Assembly (NCBI GenBank): GCA_041599835.1
Contig: JBFILF010000001.1
Span: forward strand, 1 to 35,557
DNA: 35,557 nt
DNA from: Pirellulaceae bacterium
Lineage (GTDB): Bacteria > Planctomycetota > Planctomycetia > Pirellulales > Pirellulaceae
Direction of reading: 5' to 3'
Shown: positions 17,850-27,247 of the stretch, one piece after another
Layout: each line of letters begins with the position of its first letter
Numbering within the stretch: the stretch's first letter is position 1
Notes under the pieces: model-generated
Told to the model about the DNA's origin: nothing
The model's input: the letters and a program-made list of their open reading frames with translations, nothing else
Databases searched by the model: none
Translations under genes and position numbers: made by a program

Positions 17850-18497
17850 TTGGAGGCAAATGTGGTCGTTATTAAACAAAAGGGCTCCGAGAAGGTCCTG
17901 TTGGAGTTGGACGTTGATACGCCCCGTGGCGTGCGTTTGTCCGGGGCCAACTTGATCGGAGCGGATCTTTCCGGCATGGACTTTACAGGTGCCTCATTTA
18001 AAGCCTGTAATTTCACCGATGCCGATTGTCGGTTTGCCCAGTTCGGAAATGCCAAGTTTCAGAATTGTGTGCTCAAGCGAGCGCATTTCGCTGAAGCCGA
18101 AATGAAACAAGTTGATCTGTCGGACGCCATGCTCGACGGAGCGTACATGCTGTCGATAAACGGGCAGCAGATGTCGTTGCGACATGCCAAGGCGAACGGT
18201 GCTGATTTTTCTGGTGCCAACCTGGCGGGGTCGGACTGTAGTTTTGCCGAACTGCGGGGCATTTTTGTCGGGGCCAATTTTCACAAAGCCAATCTCTACG
18301 GTGTGGACTTCACGGGCGCCGATCTCAGCAAGGCGGATTTGCGCGAAGCGGTGATGACCACGGCAAAGATCGCGCGAGCCGATTTCACTTACGCCAAGTT
18401 ACAAGGCAGCATCGGCACGAACGGAAAGCCTTGGGGCTTCACGTCCAAAAAAGATCAGAAAAAGCCCTGGTGGAAAGTGTGGCGGGCCGCGGTCTAA
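17850..18497 (+). CDS. Pentapeptide-repeat protein
   Basis: Continuous A(D/N)LXX-type repeats: GANLIGADLSGMDFTGASFKACNFTDADCRFAQFGNAKFQNCVLKRAHF...GANLAGSDCSFAELRG..ANLYGVDFTGADLSKADLREA. The start is either TTG at 17850 or GTG at 17862, the latter 5 nt after GGAGG. Confidence 0.85.
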   Translation: MEANVVVIKQKGSEKVLLELDVDTPRGVRLSGANLIGADLSGMDFTGASFKACNFTDADCRFAQFGNAKFQNCVLKRAHFAEAEMKQVDLSDAMLDGAYMLSINGQQMSLRHAKANGADFSGANLAGSDCSFAELRGIFVGANFHKANLYGVDFTGADLSKADLREAVMTTAKIARADFTYAKLQGSIGTNGKPWGFTSKKDQKKPWWKVWRAAV

Positions 18498-18776
18498 CGT
18501 AACCCTTTATTTCTTAATCAACCGCCCATTCTCGCGCGGTTATCGCTCCGTGGCCGCAGCCGCGATGGTTCTGTGGAAATGCATTTTCGGTGAATGTTTT
18601 TTGCCAATCCACGCGCGAACCGAAAAAACAGACCTGATGGCTAAGCAATTCATGTCGATATCTAGGGTGGCGGGAGCGATTTCATCAACGTTGGTGACAT
18701 GAGGCCGGCCGAACCAGACCGGCAGAGGCGCTCCGACCTGTTTGCCCGCATCGACGGCGAGTTGTGGATTTATAGA

Positions 18777-19706
18777 ATGGAAAATCTGACGAATCCGAGC
18801 GACACCCAGTTTCATTTCAATGTTCAAATGGCGGACGACGTCCATTCTGTACCGCCGCTGCCGCCGTCTGAACCGATCGCAGACACGGCGCATCGCACCG
18901 CCTCTGTCGAGTCGTCGCCAGAGAACGTGAATCAAACGCAATCCGAATCGGAAGCGCTTCGCCAATCGTTGATCAAGTCCATTACGGAATTTGAACGGTC
19001 ATTTCGCCGCAATTTTCCCGTACTTTGGATCTCAACCTTTTTGGGGCCGGCCGTGATCAGCGGCGTGGTGCTGACCGTGATCGGATTGATCGGTGGATGG
19101 GGCCTGGCGAGCAAGTTCATTTATCACGCCGCCATCACCTTTTTTGTCTTTGGGCGTTTCGTCATTCTCGGCGGTTATGAGGGGCAAGGTGAGGGCGTAC
19201 TGCATTCCATTTCATTGGCGCCCAGCCAGCTGTTTTTGATGCTGACCTTCATGGACTTTATGGTTGCCTTGTTTGTAACGTTTCACATGGGCATTTTGTT
19301 TCGTGTTCCCTGGGCTGGCCCCAAGATCGCCGGGCTGGTCTCGGATGGAAAATTTTTGATGGACCATCATCCGTGGCTAAAACGGGTCACGTTCGTCGGG
19401 CTGGTGACGTTTGTCATCTTTCCCACGTCGACGACCGGCAGCATTGGCGGTTCCATTTTTGGACGCTTGCTGGGACTGGGTCGGTTCTTCACCGTGACCG
19501 GCGTTTTGTTGGGCAGCATCCTGGGCAATGGCATCATGTATTTTTTTGCCAAGGAGATTAACAAATATTTCGGCGCCGATACGTTGTGGCTCAAGCTGGC
19601 CGGGATCCTGATCCTGGTGGCGGGTGTGTTCCTGGTCGAATGGCGCTTTCGAAAACTAAAACAACAATACTTGGCCGGGGTGGGCCGGGATAACGGGGAG
19701 AATTGA
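18777..19706 (+). CDS. Polytopic membrane protein (about 6 TM), possibly small-multidrug-export (COG2426)-like
   Basis: Hydrophobic segments include VLWISTFLGPAVISGVVLTVIGLIGGWGLA, ITFFVFGRFVILGG, LFLMLTFMDFMVALFVTF, FVGLVTFVIFPTSTTGSIGGSIFGRLLGL, VTGVLLGSILGNGIMYFF and LAGILILVAGVFLV. The ORF opens at 18699 and the start is uncertain (18699, 18777 or 18828). The family call is tentative. Confidence 0.6.
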   Translation: MENLTNPSDTQFHFNVQMADDVHSVPPLPPSEPIADTAHRTASVESSPENVNQTQSESEALRQSLIKSITEFERSFRRNFPVLWISTFLGPAVISGVVLTVIGLIGGWGLASKFIYHAAITFFVFGRFVILGGYEGQGEGVLHSISLAPSQLFLMLTFMDFMVALFVTFHMGILFRVPWAGPKIAGLVSDGKFLMDHHPWLKRVTFVGLVTFVIFPTSTTGSIGGSIFGRLLGLGRFFTVTGVLLGSILGNGIMYFFAKEINKYFGADTLWLKLAGILILVAGVFLVEWRFRKLKQQYLAGVGRDNGEN

Positions 19707-19769
19707 ACAGCCGAAGCGATCGCGCAGTAATTTGCCAGCTACTCGCTCGGGCGTCGCGCTGGCATGGAT

Positions 19770-20582
19770 CTACGCCAATTGTTGCTGCAGGTATTGGATG
19801 CTTTCGCTGGCAAGTTGCTGTGGTGAGAGCGACTCGTCAAAGACTTCGACGGAAATCCACCCCTGGTAATCTATCTTTCGCAACGCTGCGATGATTGGCT
19901 CATAGCAAATGTCGCCCATCCCGGGTCCGCGCAAGTTGGCATCGTTGGCATGGAAATGAACCAGGTAGTCGCGATTCTGCAGGATGATGTCCGCCATCGG
20001 TTCGGATTCAGTTGACATGGCTTTGACGTCCAAGTGCAATTTGACATGCGACGAGCGGATGCGTTCGATCAGTTCGACGGCCCAGGCGGCCGTCAGCAGG
20101 AAATTGCCCTCTTGCGGCCCCAACGGCTCCAGCGCCAGCACCACGTCAAGTTCCTCCAGCGACGCCTGTGCGCGGTGGATGCAATCTACGGCGAATGAAT
20201 TGCCATCCTCTACTGAGCAGCCATCGACCAGGTTTCGTTGTTGTGGAGAACCGAGCACCATGATCGAGCCCCCGAGCCAGTGGCAAACGCGGGCTAACTG
20301 CGTCAAATAATCGCCGGTTTGCTCTCGCACCTGCGGATCCGGAGAGGTCAGATGGTAGCCGTCGGTAAAGGCCAAAAGCCAATGCAGACCTACAATTTCC
20401 AATTGGTGTTGATCGGCGAGAGATCGAATCGTTTGGCACCGCTGGGGCGTGATATCCCAGGCGTTTTTTTCAATGGTGAACGGAGCAATCTCTATCCCGT
20501 CATATCCCAGCTGCCGGGCGTAGCGAAACGTTTCGTCAAACGACCAGCCGCGAAACGTTTCGTTGCATATCGCCAGTTTCAT
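19770..20582 (-). CDS. Sugar phosphate isomerase/epimerase (xylose-isomerase-like TIM barrel)
   Basis: MKLAICNETFRGWSFDETFRYARQLGYDGIEIAPFT...VGLHWLL...LALEPL...HFHANDANLRGPG...ISVEVFD follows the typical AP-endonuclease-2/TIM-barrel family pattern. Confidence 0.82.
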   Translation of the reverse strand: MKLAICNETFRGWSFDETFRYARQLGYDGIEIAPFTIEKNAWDITPQRCQTIRSLADQHQLEIVGLHWLLAFTDGYHLTSPDPQVREQTGDYLTQLARVCHWLGGSIMVLGSPQQRNLVDGCSVEDGNSFAVDCIHRAQASLEELDVVLALEPLGPQEGNFLLTAAWAVELIERIRSSHVKLHLDVKAMSTESEPMADIILQNRDYLVHFHANDANLRGPGMGDICYEPIIAALRKIDYQGWISVEVFDESLSPQQLASESIQYLQQQLA

Positions 20583-20665
20583 GTCGTCAAATCACCCCAA
20601 GCTTGCCGCCTGCCAGTGGTTGCGGAATTTACACGGAACCGGGCCAGCGCGCCGATGGGACTGGC

Positions 20666-22774
20666 TTATTGAGCTGATCGCTCTTCGTCGGCAGGCGATT
20701 CGCTGTGCGATGCTTCTTCCTGCGACGCCGCCGATCGATCGGCATGGCGGCGAACGTCGGCCGTGCCGGGCACCACGACTGGTCCGGGCGAGTTTTCGTC
20801 GATGATCCTTTTCAACTCCGCCGAGTCGACCGATTCGACTTCGATTAGTCGATCCGTCAAAGCGATCAGCGCGTCTTTACGCACGTCAAGAATGTGTCGC
20901 ACTTTTTCAATCGATTCATCGATGATGCGTTTGACCTCTTCGTCAATTTCCCGAGCGGTTTTTTCGCTGTATTCGCGACCGTGTTCCTCTGGAAACGTGC
21001 CGGCTAAAAACGGCGAACGGTTGGATTCACGATAGTTGACCCGGCCCAGTCGGCTCATCCCGTATTGGGTGACCATCGCCCGAGCGATTTCGGATGCCCG
21101 TTCCAAGTCATTTTGCGCACCGGTGGAAATGTCCCGGTAAACGATTTCTTCCGCCAATGTGCCGGCCAACAGAATTTGGATTTGGCTTTCCAGTTCCGTT
21201 TGCGTCATCAGAAACCGGTCACCTTCGGGTCGTTGCATGGTGTATCCCAATGCGGCCAATCCGCGGGGAATGATGGAGACCTTGTGCACCGGGTCGGTGT
21301 TGGGCAGGCTGAAGGCAACCAAGGCATGGCCGCTTTCGTGGTAAGCCACCCGCTGTTTTTCTTCCGAGTTCATCACTCGTTGTTTCTTCTCCAAACCGGC
21401 GGTGACCCGTTCGACACCCTCGTTGAATTCGTCCATGCCGACCGTTGATTTACCATTGCGGGCGGCCAGCAGAGCGGCTTCGTTGACCAGGTTGGCCAGA
21501 TCGGCGCCGACAAACCCCGGACTAATGGCCGCCACTTTGTGCAGATCAACCGACGGGTCCAATTTGACGTTTTTAACGTGAACTTTGAGGATCGCCTCGC
21601 GGCCGCGCAAATCGGGTCGGTCCACCAGCACGTGGCGATCGAAGCGGCCGGGGCGCATCAGAGCCTGGTCCAGCGTTTCCGGCCGGTTGGTCGCGCCCAT
21701 GACGATCACCCCGCTGTTGGAGGCGAATCCGTCCATCTCCACCAACAAGGCGTTGAGCGTTTGTTCTCGCTCGTCGTGCCCGCCAATCATGCTGCCGCCG
21801 CGTGTTTTGCCCAGCGCGTCAAGTTCGTCGATAAAGATGATGCAGGGTGATTTGGATTCGGCTTGCTGAAACATGTCCCGGACACGTGCCGCACCCACGC
21901 CGACGAACATTTCCACAAAGTCGCTGCCCGACAGGCTGAAAAACGGCACGCCGGCTTCTCCGGCGATGGCCTTGGCCAACAACGTCTTGCCGGTGCCCGG
22001 CGGGCCGACTAACAATACGCCGCGGGGAATCCGCCCTCCCAACTTTTGATACTTTTCGGGCGACTGCAAAAAGTCGACGATTTCCTTGACCTCTTCGACG
22101 GCTTCATCAATTCCGGCCACATCGTCAAACGAGATCTTCAAATCTTCTTCCGCATACAGGCGGCCACGGCTGCGTCCAAATTGCATGGGGCCCGAGGCAC
22201 CACCCAATCGTCGCATCATCCAGATGAACAATATGATCAGCACTGCCGAAGTGATGATCAAAAATCCATACCGCTCCCAGAAGGACGGACCGGAATCGGC
22301 ATCGTAGGAAATGTTATGTTCACGAAGCCGGCTGATGAGTGCTGAGGACACTTGATCCGACGAATCTTTGTTTACGGTGAAATGAATTTCGCGTTCCTCG
22401 CTCCAGTCGGTCTCGCTGGGGTTACCGGGAACGCTCGCGTCAGCCGTTCGTAACACGGCTTTTCCTTCAATCTTGCGGTCCCCGACAACCACGTCCTGCA
22501 ATTGCTTTAACTCGTCCCACCGGCCGTTGCTGCGCTGGTTGCTGAATTGAATCTTGCCAGAAAATTCTGGGGCCAATTCGGTCGAACCATACTCCGTGTA
22601 TTTGGTGACTTCCAACAACCGGTTGAAGTCGCCAAAGGATAGCGAGTAGTTCATGATCCGGGCAAACATCATGATCGCAGCCAATGTCAGCCCGGCTGTG
22701 ATCAGCAGGAAAAACACGGCCAAACCAGACTTGGCGCGCGGCTCGTTTTGTTTTCGATTGCTGTCTTGATCCAT
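20666..22774 (-). CDS. ftsH: ATP-dependent zinc metalloprotease FtsH
   Basis: Walker A GPPGTGKT, Walker [31 protein letters not shown], and zinc site HESGHAL. Two N-terminal TM helices are present. Start placed at the ATG at 22774 (MDQDSNRK); the ORF opens at 22837. Confidence 0.95.
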   Translation of the reverse strand: MDQDSNRKQNEPRAKSGLAVFFLLITAGLTLAAIMMFARIMNYSLSFGDFNRLLEVTKYTEYGSTELAPEFSGKIQFSNQRSNGRWDELKQLQDVVVGDRKIEGKAVLRTADASVPGNPSETDWSEEREIHFTVNKDSSDQVSSALISRLREHNISYDADSGPSFWERYGFLIITSAVLIILFIWMMRRLGGASGPMQFGRSRGRLYAEEDLKISFDDVAGIDEAVEEVKEIVDFLQSPEKYQKLGGRIPRGVLLVGPPGTGKTLLAKAIAGEAGVPFFSLSGSDFVEMFVGVGAARVRDMFQQAESKSPCIIFIDELDALGKTRGGSMIGGHDEREQTLNALLVEMDGFASNSGVIVMGATNRPETLDQALMRPGRFDRHVLVDRPDLRGREAILKVHVKNVKLDPSVDLHKVAAISPGFVGADLANLVNEAALLAARNGKSTVGMDEFNEGVERVTAGLEKKQRVMNSEEKQRVAYHESGHALVAFSLPNTDPVHKVSIIPRGLAALGYTMQRPEGDRFLMTQTELESQIQILLAGTLAEEIVYRDISTGAQNDLERASEIARAMVTQYGMSRLGRVNYRESNRSPFLAGTFPEEHGREYSEKTAREIDEEVKRIIDESIEKVRHILDVRKDALIALTDRLIEVESVDSAELKRIIDENSPGPVVVPGTADVRRHADRSAASQEEASHSESPADEERSAQ

Positions 22775-23191
22775 GGTGTTTACGGTGTCCGGTGTGGGCC
22801 ACAATTCGATCCGCAGCGGGGTTTGCATGCGGGGCAAAAATCTGTGGCCAGTGAATGATGGCCGGGGTTGTCTAAATGTAGGTGGCGGGTCTCATTATGA
22901 CAACGAAATCCATGATTTCCGTCGAGTTTTTATTCGACCGCGATCGCTCGCAGACCCCCCTGAAAACGAGGCGGCGGGGGCGGGCCAATCGCAATTAATT
23001 CCCGCGCGCTGAATCACCCATTTACAATTAAATAACCCGCAATCGCCACCGAGCGACAAAAATGGGGCGAATTGCCGCGAGGGTGGCGAGTCCCCCACAT
23101 TTCCGCGATAACAACGTCATTACCGGGCCCAATTATAACGGTTAACCGGCCCACGACAGCGGGGTCGACATCGACGCGAATTGCACTGGTC

Positions 23192-24385
23192 ATGGCGATA
23201 TTAGCCGAAGCATCACTGGAAAAACCGGCCATAGAACCCAAGTCGATTGCGATTTTCGGTTCCACCGGCAGTGTGGGATGTAGCACGTTGGAGGTGGTTA
23301 GACAGCTAAGTGATCGGCTGAGAGTCGTGGGTCTGTCGGCCCATCAGAATCTTGATGAGCTGTGTCGGCAGGCCCGAGAGTTCAAACCGGCCTGGATTAT
23401 CGCTACGGATTGCAAGCGGGCGGAAAAATTTCGCTGGCCTTCGCTGCCGGGTACCGACGTGTTGATCGGCCATGATCAGCTGCAACAGCGAGCGGCGGAT
23501 CCAGGGGTCCACACCGTGGTGGCTGCTATCGTGGGAACCGCCGGCCTGAGGAGCACCTGGGCGGCCTTGGAGGCTGGCAAGACGGTCGCGCTGGCCAACA
23601 AGGAAACGCTGGTCGCGGCAGGCCCGCGGGTGATGGAACTGGTGTGTCGAACCGGGGGCACGATATTACCTGTCGACAGCGAGCACAACGCGATTTTTCA
23701 GTGCCTGCAATCGGGCAGGCGACGCGAGGTTGCCCGCATCATTCTCACGGCCAGTGGCGGACCGTTTCGCCGCTGGACGCGCGAGCAGATGGGGCGTGCC
23801 TCGTCCGAGCAGGCGGTGGCTCATCCCAACTGGGAAATGGGCCAGAAAATCAGCGTTGATTCGGCCACGATGATGAACAAAGCGCTGGAAATTATCGAGG
23901 CGCGTTGGCTGTTTGAGCTGGATCCAGGTCAAATCGAGGTAGTCGTGCACCCTCAATCCATCGTACACTCCATGGTAGAATTTGTTGACGGTTCGGTGAT
24001 CGCCCAGTTAAGCCCACCGGACATGAAATTGCCCATTCAGCACGCGCTAACGTATCCGGACCGACTGGAGGGTCCGGCGGAGCGGTTGGATTTTGGGCAA
24101 TCGATGTCGTTGGATTTTTCGCCACCCGATTTGAGTCGTTTTCCAGCTCTAGCGCTGGGACTTCAGGTGGCGCGAATGGCCGGCACGGCGGGCGCCGTTT
24201 TGAACGCCGCCAATGAAGCCGCCGTCGATGCGTTTCTCAAACAGCGAATAGGATTCACCGACATTGTACGTGCGTGTCAAAGCGTACTTGAACATCATCC
24301 GTTTCATCCGCATCCCACGCTCGATCAGATCATCGATGCCGATCGTTGGGCACGGGAGGAGATAGGCAAGTGGATTTGTATTTGA
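23192..24385 (+). CDS. dxr: 1-deoxy-D-xylulose 5-phosphate reductoisomerase
   Basis: IAIFGSTGSVGCSTLEVV (NADPH loop), VALANKETLV, PVDSEHNAIFQ and HPNWEMGQKISVDSATMMNK. I chose the internal ATG at 23192 because the 40 aa upstream in ORF 23072.. are not Dxr-like. Confidence 0.93.
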   Translation: MAILAEASLEKPAIEPKSIAIFGSTGSVGCSTLEVVRQLSDRLRVVGLSAHQNLDELCRQAREFKPAWIIATDCKRAEKFRWPSLPGTDVLIGHDQLQQRAADPGVHTVVAAIVGTAGLRSTWAALEAGKTVALANKETLVAAGPRVMELVCRTGGTILPVDSEHNAIFQCLQSGRRREVARIILTASGGPFRRWTREQMGRASSEQAVAHPNWEMGQKISVDSATMMNKALEIIEARWLFELDPGQIEVVVHPQSIVHSMVEFVDGSVIAQLSPPDMKLPIQHALTYPDRLEGPAERLDFGQSMSLDFSPPDLSRFPALALGLQVARMAGTAGAVLNAANEAAVDAFLKQRIGFTDIVRACQSVLEHHPFHPHPTLDQIIDADRWAREEIGKWICI

Positions 24386-26463
24386 TCGGGCAACTTTCCG
24401 GGTGGCTGGACGTCAGCTGGTGGTGGGCCGTGTTCCAAGTTGTGATCGGTTTGGGCGCGGTGATTTTTGTCCATGAACTGGGCCACTTTCTGGTCGCCAA
24501 AGCTTGCGGTGTGAAATGCGAAAAATTTTACGTCGGCTTTGATGCGTTCGATATCAAAATCGGTGATCGAGTCATTGTGCCGCGGAAACTGGTGCATTGG
24601 CAGTGGGGAGAAACCGAGTACGGCGTGGGTATCCTGCCATTGGGCGGTTACGTCAAAATGTTGGGTCAGGATGACAATCCGGCCAAAATGGCTGAGGAGC
24701 GACAGCGAGCGCTGTCGTCCGACGCACAACCATCAGAAGGTCCGAAACTGGATCCGCGCAGTTACCTCGCCAAGACCGTGCCACAGCGGATGGCCATTAT
24801 CTCGGCGGGCGTGATCATGAATTTGATATTTGCCGTGATTTTTGCTGCGATTGCCTTCCGCCAAGGCGTCTTCTACGAACCACCCCGCGTCGGCACCACG
24901 ATACCCGGCAGCCCCGCCTGGCAGAACAACTTGGATGGTTCCCAAGTCTTGCGGATCAATGACCAGGTGCCGAGCGAAAAGTATTACACGTTTCATCACC
25001 TGAAAGAAACCATTGTGCTGGACGGATACGATGGCCCATTGGATCTGGTGATTCAGCGTCCCACGGAGGACGAGCCCGTGGAATTATCGGTGATGCCGGC
25101 CAGCAACCTGATCGGCGTCAAGGGCGGCGAGAACCTGTTGGCGCTGGGCATCAATCCGTCGGTTGCGCCGCAACTTAGCGAAATCGCAACCGTCGATTCG
25201 CAGGCCTCGAAACGTGCTGAACCCCCGTTGCAGGCCAACGACCGCATCACGGCTGTCGATGGCGCGCCGGTATCGGACGAGTTCGATTTGAAACGGATTT
25301 TGGCTCGCGCGGCAGATCGGGCCGTTGAACTCACTGTCCTCAGGGGCTCGGAAAAAGAGCAAACCGAATTAAAAGTCGACTTGCCTGCCAATTCCATGCG
25401 GACTCTTGGCCTGGTGATGCAAGTCGGTCCCATTCGCGCCATTCGCAAGGATTCATCGGCTGCCCGCGATGGGCTGCGCGTCGGCGACAAAATAATGTCG
25501 ATCGATGAACAACCGTTGGGTGATCCGTTCACCTTGCAATCCCGCATGTTGCATTTGGCGCGCGCCGGTCAGTCGGCCACGTTCCGGGTGAGTCGGTACG
25601 TCGATGGAGCCACCGAGCCGACGGAATTGGATGTCGACGTTACACCGCAATTGCCGAACGCCCTGTCCATGGTGCATTCCAAGAACGGGATCGCCATCGA
25701 ATCGCTAGGCATCAACTTGCCCATCAAAAACGTCGTGGCGCAGGTCAGCCAACCTGCATCCGACAGTGAAAATCCCCTGCAGCCAGGCGACGTGTTAGTG
25801 GGCGCCACCATACGCCTCAACGATCGCCAGCGGGCGATTTCATATCTGGCACCATTAACCAAACCGATCGACCTCAAGACGTTTCCCGAAAGCTGGGGGG
25901 TGGTACATACCAATCTGCAAAGTGTCGATCCGGGAACTCCAGTTGAATTGCGGTTTGAGCGGGATGCGACTACCAAGACGGCGTTGGTTAAGGCACAACT
26001 GGCCGAGGGGCAATATCAAGAAGTCCGCGGCATCGGGCTGAAGTTTCGGCAGGAGTTTTACCAGGACGATTCGTTGTGGGCGGCTATCGGTACCGGGTTT
26101 CGCCAGACGGTTTATGACGCGTCGCGCGTGCTCAAGTTTCTGAAAAAATTATTTCGCGGCCAACTTTCAATCAAACACTTTGGTGGACCAGCCACAATCG
26201 CCGTCGTGGCGACGTCGGAGGCCAACCAGGGAACATCGCGCCTGTTGTTGTTCCTGACGTTGCTAAGCGCGAATTTGGCGATCATCAATTTCCTGCCCAT
26301 TCCAGTGCTGGATGGCGGGCATATGGTGTTCTTGATGTACGAGGGCATTTTCCGTCGTCCCGTCGGCGAAAAACTACAACTCGCGCTGACGCTGGTCGGG
26401 TTTGCATTTCTGCTGGCCCTGATGGTGACGGTGATTGGCCTGGACATATGGCGATTGTCCTGA
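24370..26463 (+). CDS. rseP: RIP site-2 metalloprotease RseP (M50 family), extended multi-PDZ form
   Basis: HExxH in FVHELGHFLVAKACG. The second motif is NLAIINFLPIPVLDGGH. GTG at 24370 follows GGGAGGA (24354-24360) and overlaps the dxr 3' end by 16 nt. An alternative ATG lies at 24346. Confidence 0.9.
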   Translation: MDLYLIGQLSGWLDVSWWWAVFQVVIGLGAVIFVHELGHFLVAKACGVKCEKFYVGFDAFDIKIGDRVIVPRKLVHWQWGETEYGVGILPLGGYVKMLGQDDNPAKMAEERQRALSSDAQPSEGPKLDPRSYLAKTVPQRMAIISAGVIMNLIFAVIFAAIAFRQGVFYEPPRVGTTIPGSPAWQNNLDGSQVLRINDQVPSEKYYTFHHLKETIVLDGYDGPLDLVIQRPTEDEPVELSVMPASNLIGVKGGENLLALGINPSVAPQLSEIATVDSQASKRAEPPLQANDRITAVDGAPVSDEFDLKRILARAADRAVELTVLRGSEKEQTELKVDLPANSMRTLGLVMQVGPIRAIRKDSSAARDGLRVGDKIMSIDEQPLGDPFTLQSRMLHLARAGQSATFRVSRYVDGATEPTELDVDVTPQLPNALSMVHSKNGIAIESLGINLPIKNVVAQVSQPASDSENPLQPGDVLVGATIRLNDRQRAISYLAPLTKPIDLKTFPESWGVVHTNLQSVDPGTPVELRFERDATTKTALVKAQLAEGQYQEVRGIGLKFRQEFYQDDSLWAAIGTGFRQTVYDASRVLKFLKKLFRGQLSIKHFGGPATIAVVATSEANQGTSRLLLFLTLLSANLAIINFLPIPVLDGGHMVFLMYEGIFRRPVGEKLQLALTLVGFAFLLALMVTVIGLDIWRLS

Positions 26464-26490
26464 CGATGGCGCGGCCGGCCTGACTCGCGT

Positions 26491-26988
26491 ATGACCAAAT
26501 TTGCCCATCAACGACACAAACCGCCGTCCGAATTAAACCGCCAACGCGAGTTGATCATCGCCTGTCCCCCGTTGCGAAGCCGGGTAAATCTGTCGCGGAT
26601 TGTGCGGGTCGCCGGTTCACTGGGCGTGCACCGCATTATTGCCTGCCGGCCGTTTACGATTGATCCCACAGTGGCCCGGGACGCCACCGAACATGTGGCC
26701 ATCGAACCGCGGCGGTCGCTGCCCCCGGTGTTGCGGAAGCTCAAGCAGGAGGGATACGCGATCGTCGGATTGGAGCAGTCGACCCATTCGACAAGTCTAT
26801 TTGAGTTTCAGTTTCCCGCGCGATCGGTGCTGGTGCTGGGTCACGAGCGAACTGGAATCAGCGAAGAAGTATTGGCGGTTTGTGACCACGTAGCCGAAAT
26901 TCCCGTATACGGCCGGCCAATGAGCTACAACGTCGCATCGGCGGCCACGATGGCCGTCTACGAGTACTGCCGGCAATGGTCCAATTGA
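26491..26988 (+). CDS. SpoU/TrmH-family RNA 2'-O-methyltransferase
   Basis: LVLGHERTGISEEVLAVCDHVAEIPVYGRPMSYNVASAATMAVYEY corresponds to SpoU motifs 2-3. Size is 165 aa. Confidence 0.85.
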   Translation: MTKFAHQRHKPPSELNRQRELIIACPPLRSRVNLSRIVRVAGSLGVHRIIACRPFTIDPTVARDATEHVAIEPRRSLPPVLRKLKQEGYAIVGLEQSTHSTSLFEFQFPARSVLVLGHERTGISEEVLAVCDHVAEIPVYGRPMSYNVASAATMAVYEYCRQWSN

Positions 26989-27247
26989 TATCGCGCAGCC
27001 TGACGGTCCTTACTGACCAAATTGATCGGACAGGCCCGCCGCTCCCAATGAATAATTTCGGGCTCGAATCCCCACCGTGGGCGGTTCGAAGGTCCCAGTC
27101 TGGGTTTGTTTGCCCGGTTGGCCCGTTTTGTGAGCGTTTGCGCCGGGTGGCAACTGGATTAAAATTGAAGCTCCGGCGAATTGCATTGATTTGCCTCGTC
27201 CCCGCCATTGCCGGTTTGACTGCTTTTCTTTGTAGGTACAGCGTCTC

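Noticed and set aside
17553-18617. Motif ttgccaatcc(g/a)cgcg on both sides of the pentapeptide-repeat gene (17553-17567 and 18601-18617).
   Set aside because: My rough estimate is that several 16-mers with one mismatch are expected by chance in a 35-kb window. There is no extended flanking similarity, so I do not treat these as insertion boundaries.
27058-27098. tRNA T-loop-like strings ggctcgaatcc and ggttcgaagg in the intergenic region before the kinase gene.
   Set aside because: No complementary acceptor stem lies about 65 nt upstream, and I could build no D-arm or anticodon arm. It is not a tRNA, and I cannot support a tRNA-fragment or att-site claim.
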